From a virus: DNA of 64,000 nucleotides. Below, piece by piece: positions 9,429 through 18,689 of this stretch (positions are counted from its first letter, which is position 1; the number at the start of each line of letters is the position of its first letter). The position numbers were made by a program, and so were the translations under genes. The notes under the pieces are model-generated. The model saw only the letters and a list, made by a program, of their open reading frames with translations. It made no database searches and was not told the origin of the DNA. The stretch is from positions 1 to 64,000 of the IMG/VR virus record IMGVR_UViG_3300017527_000515, one strand, 5' to 3'.

Positions 9429-10550
9429 TTATATCTTTTTAATTTCCTTTACAATACGATCGCCTATGTGATCCCACGTAAGGTTCTCCTTGATGTATTT
9501 TCTCAACAATCTACCACGCTTGGAGGCCTCATCCTGCTTATTATAACACTGACGCATAAGCTGAGCGCCGTGAAGCACATCAGGCTCGGCCCACAGCTGA
9601 TCGCCGCGGTACCAAGGGCTCCAAGGCATACCAAACACCGGAGTAAGCACATACTGTACCAGATAACTGTTGTTATCCTTAGCGTACTCTCTCGCTCCTC
9701 CATAGCCTGTTACTATGATAGGATTACCACATGCACCTGCTGTAAACGGACTTAAACCAAAGCCCTCTCCTCTGTCCAGGGACACATAACAGTCACCCCG
9801 TGCATGTAAACCACTCATCTCCGACTCACTTAACATATTCGGTAGAAGATAAATAGGAGGATAATAATCCATAGGAGTGACCATCTTAAGACGTTTAATA
9901 GTGGTCCGAATGGCTTCCTTTTCGGCGTCCGCATAGGAACTTCTGTATGTTTTAAGTACCAGAGCCACATTGTCTTCCTCCTTGAACTCATGCCAATAGG
10001 CTTTAATCAACGCTAGAGGATGTTTTCTCTCTGTCCATTGGAAGATGTCGTAGAACATATACGCATCGTCCGGCACCCCAGCTACAGGGAATGGTTTAAT
10101 GTCTTTGAAATCATCTAAATTTATACCGTGCGGTACCACCCCGATGGGCTTCTCCACACCACACAATTTAAATGTTTCTTTGTTCCAATGACACCCCACA
10201 AGCACCTTATTAACCCCACCTATATTCATATAGTCAGGCCAGTCTGGGTGTAACTTACTAGTTTCCCAGATGGTGTAGCCAACATTAGTCTTTTCGTGCT
10301 CCACATGTTTACTCCAGAACTCAGGAGTCAGGTGAATAAACACTATATTGTAGTCGATTTGTTTGTTGACCAGGCTTTCTAAAATAGCTCCGTCTTCACC
10401 TAGATCGGGGCGGGCTTGTTCGAAGGATACGGGACTTAAAGTCAGGGGAATCCCCAGCTTATGTAAAGCTAAGATATTCCCCCTCGATGCTTTAGCGTAT
10501 CCTGAGTTGTCAAAGGTAGGTGATATATATTTTATACCTTTTATTTCCAT
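9429..10550 (-). CDS. Glycosyltransferase family 4
   Basis: SGYAKASR, GYTIWET, VVPHGI, ERKHP, GDCYVSLDRGEGFGL...G.PIIVTGYGG. Confidence 0.9.
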   Translation of the reverse strand: MEIKGIKYISPTFDNSGYAKASRGNILALHKLGIPLTLSPVSFEQARPDLGEDGAILESLVNKQIDYNIVFIHLTPEFWSKHVEHEKTNVGYTIWETSKLHPDWPDYMNIGGVNKVLVGCHWNKETFKLCGVEKPIGVVPHGINLDDFKDIKPFPVAGVPDDAYMFYDIFQWTERKHPLALIKAYWHEFKEEDNVALVLKTYRSSYADAEKEAIRTTIKRLKMVTPMDYYPPIYLLPNMLSESEMSGLHARGDCYVSLDRGEGFGLSPFTAGACGNPIIVTGYGGAREYAKDNNSYLVQYVLTPVFGMPWSPWYRGDQLWAEPDVLHGAQLMRQCYNKQDEASKRGRLLRKYIKENLTWDHIGDRIVKEIKKI

Positions 10551-11119
10551 GGCTCTTCGCCTCCATACCTTTTCGTTAGAAGTTCAGGATGTTCTAACTG
10601 ATTTAATACTTCTTCTATGAAATAATGCCACTCATGTAGCACATGTTTCTTTCTCTGGGCTATCATATTGGCCAGTACTTTGTAGTTTGTACAAACCATT
10701 CGCTTCTGGAGATAACCTTCCGGCAAGTTAGCCTTGATTTGGTTGAACCAGATCTTCTTATTGTCTCCGCCCTTGTTGTACCGATCTATTAACATATTTA
10801 CATGATCGATAGTCTCAATAGGAACTGGGTGTGCAAAGTCCTCTCGGCTCAACGGTTTCTTAGCTATAGTGTGGATGGTAGATTCTGATTGTTTTGTGGT
10901 ACCAACGCGGTAGGTATCAAACTCCTGCCACCAGTAGCGGGCAGCATTGATTTCAATCCAGACCTGGATGGACTCTAAAAACTTATTGTGTCCTCCGTCT
11001 TTATCACAAAGCTTAAAAGCTACGCCTTTTAGGCGCTCAAAATCTGTAATCCCGAAGCTATATCCGATACCCTCGACTGCGGCATCGTAGCCACTTTCGT
11101 TCTTAATAATTACTTCCAT
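10541..11119 (-). CDS. Divergent ThyX-like (flavin-dependent thymidylate synthase fold) protein
   Basis: GHNKFLE, AARYWWQEFDTYRVG..KQSESTIH, LPEG, NYKVLANM..QRKKH.L.EW match the ThyX layout. The canonical RHR is replaced by TYR. Confidence 0.65.
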   Translation of the reverse strand: MEVIIKNESGYDAAVEGIGYSFGITDFERLKGVAFKLCDKDGGHNKFLESIQVWIEINAARYWWQEFDTYRVGTTKQSESTIHTIAKKPLSREDFAHPVPIETIDHVNMLIDRYNKGGDNKKIWFNQIKANLPEGYLQKRMVCTNYKVLANMIAQRKKHVLHEWHYFIEEVLNQLEHPELLTKRYGGEEPWK

Positions 11120-11152
11120 TCTCTCACCTCTACCTAATATAAAGTTAGATAA

Positions 11153-12493
11153 TTAGAACTGTTCTGACTCAATTTCTTGCTTGACGACCTCTGCTACCTC
11201 GTCGTCGGGAGCGTTCATCTCTTCCTGAAACTGCTCGTACATCTTATCGAAAATCTTTATCCAACGATCAACGATGGGACCACCAGAACCCCATGCTAAC
11301 TCAGTGGTTACCCACTCATAAGCACGTTCTGCTCTGGCCATAGCCTCTTCGTAGTCGGCATGAATGTCCAACATCTTCTCTACCATGTCCTCTACATCCA
11401 CCAGTGGGCGGATAACCTCATTGTCATGGGGTAGGATGGTAAGCAGACTTGGGTTGCTGCCACTGTTCACAAGGTACCCCTTGTCTTCGTCGATAGCTTC
11501 AATAAGAGCTGTGTTTCTCGGCATGATAACCGGTGTCTTAGTAGCCATAGCCTCAGACCATGACAACCCCCAGCCCTCACCAAGAGTAGTACTGATGACA
11601 ACATCAACACAGTTGTACAGCATGTTGACTATCTGACGTGGATAGCCCTGATTAGGACCGAAATTCTGCGGAAAGATGACATCTTCTGATGTGCTTAACC
11701 CATAAGAGTTAAGAACCTCAGGTAAATCCCAACCTTGATCCTTCTGTGCCATATGTAGGTACAGTAGGGATTCAGGAACTTCTTTACGGAACTCTACGAA
11801 CGCCTGAATTGTGCGCGGAATGTCTTTTCTCTGCTGATTTCTATTCAAATTCATAAAGATGAACTTCTCGGCATGTTTACCGAAGTATCTCTGTCTGAAT
11901 TCCTCTACCTGCTCTTTAGGTAGTGGGAAATAGTCCTGCACATTGACACCGTGAGGAATAATATCCAGCTCAGGCACGTCAGGGTACACCTTCTTTGCCA
12001 TATCAGCGCCAAACTGTGAGTAAGCTACTGGGTAGTCTACTGCACTGATGTTCTTAATCCATTGTTCCTTAGGCTCACCATCAATCGGAAAGTAGCAGAT
12101 TGATTTAAACTTTTTGCCCTGATTCTCCAAGAACGGGATCAGTTCCGGCAGAAAGTCCATAATAAAGGTGTCCTGTAGGAAGAACAGGATGTCGTATTCC
12201 ATCTGTGGAATCATACTACAGATCTTTTTACGGCCATAAGGGTCCTTCTGAGCATTGGTACCGGTGGGCCAGATTCTGTATGGAAACTGATGGGGGTCTC
12301 CCCAGTAGTTAATTCCCAGAACATCAACCTGGTACCTACCAGTAGCCTGTAAACCCTCGAAAATGTTTCGGCTGACTGTACCAAAACCAGTAGCACAGGT
12401 GGGGCTATCACAATATGCCAGCACCTTAATCTTGGGTAGATCTACATTCCAAGATTTCTTCTGAGTCTTTTTCTTTTTACCACGTTTTGCCAT
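11153..12493 (-). CDS. Glycosyltransferase family 4
   Basis: DSPTCATGFG, IIPHGV, NRNQQRKD, TTLGEGWGLSWSEAMATKTPVI. Confidence 0.9.
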   Translation of the reverse strand: MAKRGKKKKTQKKSWNVDLPKIKVLAYCDSPTCATGFGTVSRNIFEGLQATGRYQVDVLGINYWGDPHQFPYRIWPTGTNAQKDPYGRKKICSMIPQMEYDILFFLQDTFIMDFLPELIPFLENQGKKFKSICYFPIDGEPKEQWIKNISAVDYPVAYSQFGADMAKKVYPDVPELDIIPHGVNVQDYFPLPKEQVEEFRQRYFGKHAEKFIFMNLNRNQQRKDIPRTIQAFVEFRKEVPESLLYLHMAQKDQGWDLPEVLNSYGLSTSEDVIFPQNFGPNQGYPRQIVNMLYNCVDVVISTTLGEGWGLSWSEAMATKTPVIMPRNTALIEAIDEDKGYLVNSGSNPSLLTILPHDNEVIRPLVDVEDMVEKMLDIHADYEEAMARAERAYEWVTTELAWGSGGPIVDRWIKIFDKMYEQFQEEMNAPDDEVAEVVKQEIESEQF

Positions 12494-13659
12494 TACTTAG
12501 TCTCCTTTCCCTTACGGACCTTTTTGGTCGCCAAAAAGGGTGTTGTGAAATTGACCTGAGCAGACTGGAGGATTAGATCTCTCGCTGCTGGGTTCTCATT
12601 AGCGTAATCCTCGACAGCTTTCTTGTTTAGATTCATCATCTTCACCAATCTGTCGTGTGGAATCACTTTTGATACTATATCAAGGTCATACATTGTTCGT
12701 GAATTCTGTCTGATATAAACTTCTTTGTCTCCCCATGTGGGGTTAGAGTCTTCGCGCTTGATCTTTTCCATGAGTATCATAGAAAGCTCTCTATCACGCT
12801 CTTCGAGTATCTTTTTGATGCTTTTTACGTCCTGCCACTCCTGTACAAGCTCTTCTTCTGGGAGGGTAGTGGCTGACTGAAACTTATAGTCAGACCGCTT
12901 ACATGCCTTCTCGTATGTAGGACAATACTCCTTATAATCACACCACGGACAGAACATATTCAGCTGTGCCCTGGCATCTTTCTTAGTGAAAGAGTTCATT
13001 TGGTCATACAATTCCTTAAGATAGTGCTCGAAAGCCTCTCTTTCCTCTGGAGTACGATAGGTGTACAGCATTTCAGACTTTAATAGGTCCAAGCTCAAGA
13101 TAATTCGCTTGTATTGGGGCCATTTATAGCTTGCCACAAGGTCATAAATTGCTAACTGGTTGTCTACCTTCATCTGATCTGCGGTAGGAGCTGTCTTAGA
13201 GGTCTTATAGTCCACGATGAGTAAGGTTTCGTCATCTACCTCTACTACCTTATCTATGGCGCCTATCAACGGGACACCATCGGCCGTAGTCACATCCTCT
13301 GCTCCCCTAAAGCCAAACTCTATCTCCAAGCCCATGATCTTACCCAAGTCAAAGCTATTAACTCGTTTGTTTATGAGTTTCTTTCCCTCAGTGTGAATGA
13401 TCATGTCCTGAATGCCCTCTCTAATAGAGACCTCTTCGTACTTATCAAGTATCTTTTTCTTGTCGGCTTTAGTAAATTTCTCTTTCTTCATCCAGATATT
13501 ACCAGCGAGTTCTAACGCCTCATGAACTGCTGTACCAAGACGAAAAGCAGGACTGGCTACCTTAGGCATATGTTCTACATAATTACACCAGTACTTGTAC
13601 TTGCACTCTAAGAACGAACTAATTCTTGTTGCGCTTATTTTAATTTCTTTCTTCGCCAT
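12493..13659 (-). CDS. PD-(D/E)XK exonuclease, RecB/AddB/Cas4-like, with four-Cys (Fe-S) staple
   Basis: ISATRISSFLEC, GTAVH, GAIDKV, IVDYKT, QLAIY, CPWCDYKEYC. Confidence 0.85.
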   Translation of the reverse strand: MAKKEIKISATRISSFLECKYKYWCNYVEHMPKVASPAFRLGTAVHEALELAGNIWMKKEKFTKADKKKILDKYEEVSIREGIQDMIIHTEGKKLINKRVNSFDLGKIMGLEIEFGFRGAEDVTTADGVPLIGAIDKVVEVDDETLLIVDYKTSKTAPTADQMKVDNQLAIYDLVASYKWPQYKRIILSLDLLKSEMLYTYRTPEEREAFEHYLKELYDQMNSFTKKDARAQLNMFCPWCDYKEYCPTYEKACKRSDYKFQSATTLPEEELVQEWQDVKSIKKILEERDRELSMILMEKIKREDSNPTWGDKEVYIRQNSRTMYDLDIVSKVIPHDRLVKMMNLNKKAVEDYANENPAARDLILQSAQVNFTTPFLATKKVRKGKETK

Positions 13660-14032
13660 CACATATCTCCTTCAATGCTAGTTCGTATAATTCAAAAAAG
13701 TCTTCTACCTTCATTGCTGCATAGGTGTCAGATCTATTTCGTTTGAAGAACACTATGGGTTTGCCACCGTGCTCCTCAGCCTGTGCCAGAGCCTTCCAGA
13801 TGTTCAGGGCCTCTTGATTTTTACACTCAATACCGTGAAATATGAACAACTCTTTAGCTTTGCCACGCAGAATCACATCCCTACCGTTTTGGCCCATCGG
13901 TCTCGGTTCAATATCGCCGTCTTTCTCCACCGGGGTATTGGTGATTTTGGATATGAGCTCTGCAATTTGCTTTTGTAGCCGTCTACCCTTGGCTTTACGA
14001 GCAGCTACACTTATTGGTTTCTTTTTTGCCAT
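13640..14032 (-). CDS. Holliday junction resolvase-like PD-(D/E)XK nuclease
   Basis: KAKGRRLQ, PMGQNGRDV, IECKNQE.LNIW.A..QA, P.VFFKRNR, a common phage resolvase pattern. Confidence 0.75.
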   Translation of the reverse strand: MAKKKPISVAARKAKGRRLQKQIAELISKITNTPVEKDGDIEPRPMGQNGRDVILRGKAKELFIFHGIECKNQEALNIWKALAQAEEHGGKPIVFFKRNRSDTYAAMKVEDFFELYELALKEICDGEERN

Positions 14033-14346
14033 ATCTCCAAGTCCTTACCATATTTTCTTGCTGCCATCATTCTCTTAATTTGACCCATTTTATGCCATAC
14101 TACGGTATCCTCACAGCCACAGGCACATAAATCTGGACTCCAACTACCACCACCTGTGAAGAATCGTTCGTGCCTATAACATTTAGCACAGAATATATCA
14201 TAGGATTTACCATCTGCCTGTATAGTTAGATATGGTTTACGAGAACTTCGTGGTTTTGGATCTCTGCGAGGCGCCAACCTCTGTTCAAGCTTTCTCATAA
14301 ACTCGCGGTGTTCTTTTTCTTTTGTACACTTACAACAATCACACAT
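14011..14346 (-). CDS. Hypothetical Cys-rich (probable Zn-binding) protein
   Basis: MCDCCKC, CAKC...CACGC; tiles between its neighbours. Confidence 0.55.
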   Translation of the reverse strand: MCDCCKCTKEKEHREFMRKLEQRLAPRRDPKPRSSRKPYLTIQADGKSYDIFCAKCYRHERFFTGGGSWSPDLCACGCEDTVVWHKMGQIKRMMAARKYGKDLEIWQKRNQ

Positions 14347-15116
14347 TACAACCCCTCCAGTACTTTACGTTGCTCCTCAGTAACCTCTTCAGCCCTGGGT
14401 ATAACCATATATAACTTGACTATTAGATCACCGTTAGGACCACCGTTCAGGCCTATATGTCCCTCATACTGTAGCCCAACAACATGTCCCTCTCTGATGT
14501 TAGGTGGTATATCAAGTGTTAAATTCTTATCAATACCGCGGGTAGATGACCCATTACATGCCCCACACTGCTTCTTAGCTGTGAAGCCTCTGCCATGACA
14601 TGCTGGACACGCTCTTGCGGACTGTACAAAAACTCCCTGACCATGTTTAGCCTCTATTATCTGGCCTATACCATTACAATTGGAACAGGTTTCCTTCTCC
14701 TCAGCGCCAGTGCCCTGACAATCAGGACAGGCATCTCTGAACGAAAAGTTCACTCTAAATTTACCACCAAAGATAAAATATTTCAGTGGAACTTCATGCT
14801 CCAACACTATATTCTTACCTCTTCTCGGTGCATTAGGATTAGGTGGACTAAAGGGGGGCCTTCCACCAAAAGGATTGCCAAAGTTACCAAAACCGCCTGG
14901 CATACCCCCTGGCATCTGCCTCATGGGGTTGTCATAATCTGCACGTTTCTCAGGGTCTGATAGAGTAGAGTAGGCTTCGTTGATTTCTTTAAACTTCTCA
15001 GCGTCGCCACCACGATCAGGGTGATGCTCCTTGGATAGCTCGCGGTAGGCTTTTTTAAGCTCTTCCTTATCAGCTCCCTTGTCTACACCCAATATTTCAT
15101 AGTAATTTTTACTCAA
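14346..15116 (-). CDS. dnaJ: DnaJ-like co-chaperone (J domain, G/F region, zinc finger, one C-terminal domain)
   Basis: [28 protein letters not shown]-rich linker, [36 protein letters not shown]. Confidence 0.92.
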   Translation of the reverse strand: MSKNYYEILGVDKGADKEELKKAYRELSKEHHPDRGGDAEKFKEINEAYSTLSDPEKRADYDNPMRQMPGGMPGGFGNFGNPFGGRPPFSPPNPNAPRRGKNIVLEHEVPLKYFIFGGKFRVNFSFRDACPDCQGTGAEEKETCSNCNGIGQIIEAKHGQGVFVQSARACPACHGRGFTAKKQCGACNGSSTRGIDKNLTLDIPPNIREGHVVGLQYEGHIGLNGGPNGDLIVKLYMVIPRAEEVTEEQRKVLEGL

Positions 15117-15531
15117 ATCTCACTACCTCCCACTCAAAACCACAGTCTGTACACTTATATGTTCCATCATGTACATCGACTGCTGTAGATTCACATTGTA
15201 AGCACTTATGTACATAATCTGCCATGGATGCCTCACCACGTTCCATCTTATCTATCTTGGTTAGGTGCTCCGTGATATTATCCATGATAGCCGAGTCTTC
15301 TTCCGACATCTCTGGGGGTGCCTCTCCCGTCATAAGACCAGCAAAATCCCCTATATCCTGGATATGCATCTGCGAATCTTCCATGGGCACACCGTTTACC
15401 GAGCGCCACATCCAACCACAGTCTGGGCAGATGTTGTACTCAATCACGTTCTCCTCGGTGCAGTGGGCACAGGGGAAGGCTTCTCTGAAAAATGACGATT
15501 CCTGTCCGTTTTCACACTTAAAACAATTCAT
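15109..15531 (-). CDS. Multi zinc-ribbon protein
   Basis: CFKC, CAHC, CPDCG, CLQC, CTDCG. Start moved to ATG 15531 with an AAGGAG SD. Confidence 0.7.
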   Translation of the reverse strand: MNCFKCENGQESSFFREAFPCAHCTEENVIEYNICPDCGWMWRSVNGVPMEDSQMHIQDIGDFAGLMTGEAPPEMSEEDSAIMDNITEHLTKIDKMERGEASMADYVHKCLQCESTAVDVHDGTYKCTDCGFEWEVVRFE

Positions 15532-15541
15532 GTTGCTCTCC

Positions 15542-15961
15542 TTACTTAGTCGCCGTAGATTTTGCTCTCTCTGGCGGTAACATTTCAATTATCTGCCCTA
15601 TGATATGCACTTCATCGTCGTCGATTAGCAGTGCAATAGGGGCAAACAGCTGATTTGACTCCAAATCAGGGTACTTGTTGACTGCGAATAAAATCTTGGT
15701 GATTGCAGGTAGATACATCACTGCGTTGTCCTCATCATACACCATGAAGTCGCCGTCCTCTTCTGTGAAGAATTCTGGTGCTATCTCATGGTAGTTGCCC
15801 TTACGAGGGATTACGATCTCGTGCTCGTTTTTAGCCACCCTAAAGTGGAAATTGCGGGCTGGAAACATAACCATCGTAGGTGTTCCAAGTTGAGCATCAC
15901 CGACCACCCATTCATTCAGATCAGCTGGCGCTTCTTTAACTGTTTTCTTTCTCTTAGCCAT
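15542..15961 (-). CDS. Hypothetical protein
   Basis: 139-aa ORF with a GGAGGAG SD, tiling the operon; no motif recognised. Confidence 0.7.
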   Translation of the reverse strand: MAKRKKTVKEAPADLNEWVVGDAQLGTPTMVMFPARNFHFRVAKNEHEIVIPRKGNYHEIAPEFFTEEDGDFMVYDEDNAVMYLPAITKILFAVNKYPDLESNQLFAPIALLIDDDEVHIIGQIIEMLPPERAKSTATK

Positions 15962-15963
15962 AA

Positions 15964-16281
15964 TTACTCCTCCACTATAATAAAGTTATCGATGACAACG
16001 TTCGTCCAGTAAACCTTAGAGTACCCACTACAGTGGCGGCACTTACCATCATAGGATCTCTCCTCTATGTGGCCGTGTACTTTAATAAACGTGTCCTTTG
16101 GTAGTTCTGCAATTGCCTCGGCTGTGCTGCCCCAAGCAGCCACCTTGACGTACTGATGCTTACCAGTACCTGTAGGTACAGCTATCTTAGCATTAAGCAG
16201 ACTACTATTATTCATACCCACAGTTTTAAGATTTGGGTAGTGAACTTTTCCTGTTAAAACTACAAAATTTTCGCCAATCAT
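15964..16281 (-). CDS. ssb: Single-stranded DNA-binding protein (OB fold)
   Basis: NFVVLTGKV, YVKVAAWG.TAE, KDTFIKVHGHIEERSY...TNVVID follow the SSB pattern. Start moved to MIGENF. Confidence 0.8.
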   Translation of the reverse strand: MIGENFVVLTGKVHYPNLKTVGMNNSSLLNAKIAVPTGTGKHQYVKVAAWGSTAEAIAELPKDTFIKVHGHIEERSYDGKCRHCSGYSKVYWTNVVIDNFIIVEE

Positions 16282-16285
16282 TTTA

Positions 16286-17308
16286 TCACCTATTAAGATA
16301 GGGAGAGAGATACTCATATATGGTATCTTTATCCAAATCTGCGGGGTCTTTCCCCTCTTCCGTTATAAATACAGGCCATACGTCCATTCTATAGCGTAGA
16401 GCCTCGTATGCTGCCATTGCTCCCTCAATACCTGCTACATCACAGTCAAAAAATATCACTGCTCCGTGTAATGCATTGGAAAACAACAGCTTTTGTTGTC
16501 CTTGAGTGATCTTAGAGCCCATTGCGGCCACTACATCCTTGATGCCGTACTCCCATAGTCTCCAGACACTCTTGAACCCTTCTACTACTATGATTGGGCC
16601 ATCGACTGGCACTATACTATTAAGGTTATACAGTACATTATCCTTATCAAAGCCTGGAGTTATCCAATATTTGGACTCATATTCAGCATCTGGCCTAATA
16701 TCCCTCAGACTGTAGGCCACGAGCTTACTATCTATATCTCTAATGGGGATCACATCCCGGATGAGATCATCACTGGTCCTATATCCACCACCAATTTCGA
16801 AATAATCCAACGTTTTACTGTCAAATCCGTCATCTCTGAACAAAGTTGAACGGTTGCCCAGGTACTTTGACAGCCTCTCCTCGGAGACTTTAGGATGAAT
16901 GTAGGGCTCTGTCTTAGTATTGTTTATAAACTCCTTCTGCTCCTTCTCACGCCTATATTTTAACGCTTCTATAGCAGAATCGAAGTCCCCCACCAGTCCA
17001 CTGAGGTAGTCCACAGCGCCCATGAAATCCATCTTCATCATGCCGCGGATCAATCCTATGACATCATTGCCATACACATCATGGCACTTGTGAGAGAAGC
17101 AAACCCACGTCTTTTTGTCCTTATTGAAGCGAAATGACGTAGGGTTATCGCCTCCATGGACAGCACAGTTTCCTCGCAGTTCTTTGGGAGTTTCTCTGGT
17201 GACCACAATCCCCATAGATTCTGCCAAATACCTTGGATCTACCATATCTTTGAGATAATCAAGCTTTAGCTTGAATTCTGCCCATCTTTCTTCCTTACTT
17301 GACTGCAT
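16286..17308 (-). CDS. dnaG: DNA primase (CHC2 zinc finger + Toprim)
   Basis: CAVHGGDNPTSF..WVCFSHKC, IPIRD, KY, LYNL, VVEG, FFDCDVAG, KDPAD. Start moved to MQSSK with a GGAG SD. Confidence 0.9.
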   Translation of the reverse strand: MQSSKEERWAEFKLKLDYLKDMVDPRYLAESMGIVVTRETPKELRGNCAVHGGDNPTSFRFNKDKKTWVCFSHKCHDVYGNDVIGLIRGMMKMDFMGAVDYLSGLVGDFDSAIEALKYRREKEQKEFINNTKTEPYIHPKVSEERLSKYLGNRSTLFRDDGFDSKTLDYFEIGGGYRTSDDLIRDVIPIRDIDSKLVAYSLRDIRPDAEYESKYWITPGFDKDNVLYNLNSIVPVDGPIIVVEGFKSVWRLWEYGIKDVVAAMGSKITQGQQKLLFSNALHGAVIFFDCDVAGIEGAMAAYEALRYRMDVWPVFITEEGKDPADLDKDTIYEYLSPYLNR

Positions 17309-18689
17309 CTTCGCTGTCTCCGTGATTGTATACCTTGTCGCCGTAGTCATGTATCTGATCTGGTGGCTCTGCTTCCTTAATGCTTAGGGTTGTCTTGTGA
17401 AATAGGTACCCAATACCCTCTTCTGGGGTCATACCACCACGTCTGGTCTCTCTCACCACTAATTTGTACTGGCCGCCAGCGTCCCCTTTGATCTCCTGCT
17501 CGTCTTCCGTCTTATATGTCCACTCCATGATGGTGTCAGCGTATCTGACGATCCTATCACTGTCTGCTACTGACCCCTCACGGTTGACCTGCACCGCGGT
17601 AAGACAGGGAATGTTAAGAGAACCAGCTAAATCCTTCAATTTAGTGGTAACATCACCTAAAACCTGGTATTCTTTACGATTTCTCTCTATACTATTAGAA
17701 TCTGGCTCTTTGATGTAATCAAAGATCATCAGCCCTATGTTGTGCTTTAGTTTATATTTCTTATATAGTGCTGTTATCTTGTCAACGGTGTATCCAGGCA
17801 TGAATTCATGGTACAATCTGCCTTTTTCTATGATTCCTATGGCAACTTGAATCTTCTGGTATTCCTCTTTGCTGTACCCACCGTGCTTGATCTGTCGCTC
17901 GGGTATCCCTGTCATCTTAGCAACGATTCTATCACGCCACTGGTCGAATGGCATCTCAGTATCTACATATAATATAGGTATTCTCTCATTAGCAAGGTAA
18001 GCTAAGAACGATGCCACGTTAGATAAGAATGTACTCTTACCTCTCTTAGGACGTGCTGAGATGATGTTCAGTGTTCCAGGCACTAACCCGTCAATTTGCT
18101 TGTCAAGGATGGGAAATCCAGTAGAAAGTCCCATCTGTACTACAGGGTTAGCCATACGCTCCTCGATCAGTTCTCTTAGGCCATCTGCCAAGTCCCGAGG
18201 CTCGTGTATAGACTTACTTTCGGTCGATAAATCCAGTATTTTACGCTCTATACTGCCTATAAGGTCCTCACTGGTGAGTCCTTCCTTAGCGTTCTCTGAG
18301 ATCTTATTTAGATCATCCTGTATAGTATAGTATAGTTTATATTTAGTACTGGCTTCTAACACATTCTGCAGATATATCTCATAATTACTACGATCTACTC
18401 TCATTTCGTTTATAGATTGCAGATAGTCTATACCACCTACACTGATTAGATCACCGAACATTTGTTGGGCGGTGTTCATTACCATAGGGAGATCGAATGT
18501 CTTAACATCTTGCTGTGCCAGGGCCCCCAAAAGTGTAAATAATGTGCTATGATCTACATGTAAGAAGTCTCCTGCATCCATCTTACTGACCAGATCATAA
18601 AAGCTATCCATGTCCTTAAAACAATACGAAAGTAAGGCTCGTTCATCTGTTGGTTTGCAGAATAATTCTTTCATTTCTACATTATTCAT
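17295..18689 (-). CDS. dnaB: Replicative DNA helicase
   Basis: GLSTGFPILD..GL.PG.L.IISARPKRGKS (Walker A), DTEM, IFDYI, QVNR, plus an N-terminal DnaB domain (ERALL). Confidence 0.93.
   Translation of the reverse strand: MNNVEMKELFCKPTDERALLSYCFKDMDSFYDLVSKMDAGDFLHVDHSTLFTLLGALAQQDVKTFDLPMVMNTAQQMFGDLISVGGIDYLQSINEMRVDRSNYEIYLQNVLEASTKYKLYYTIQDDLNKISENAKEGLTSEDLIGSIERKILDLSTESKSIHEPRDLADGLRELIEERMANPVVQMGLSTGFPILDKQIDGLVPGTLNIISARPKRGKSTFLSNVASFLAYLANERIPILYVDTEMPFDQWRDRIVAKMTGIPERQIKHGGYSKEEYQKIQVAIGIIEKGRLYHEFMPGYTVDKITALYKKYKLKHNIGLMIFDYIKEPDSNSIERNRKEYQVLGDVTTKLKDLAGSLNIPCLTAVQVNREGSVADSDRIVRYADTIMEWTYKTEDEQEIKGDAGGQYKLVVRETRRGGMTPEEGIGYLFHKTTLSIKEAEPPDQIHDYGDKVYNHGDSEDAVK

Noticed and set aside
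1-12493. Bacterial chromosomal O-antigen/capsule locus
   Set aside because: No export, polymerase or membrane genes in the window, and the cluster is contiguous with phage-type replication and structural genes. The left flank is unseen.
12493-13659. Cas4-like nuclease as evidence of a CRISPR-Cas locus
   Set aside because: No repeat-spacer array or other cas genes are visible; the context is replication/recombination.
16560-16590. Primase Toprim EGFKS instead of EGxxD, suggesting inactivation
   Set aside because: The catalytic Glu, the DxD (DCD) and KDPAD are retained; this is not enough to call it inactive.
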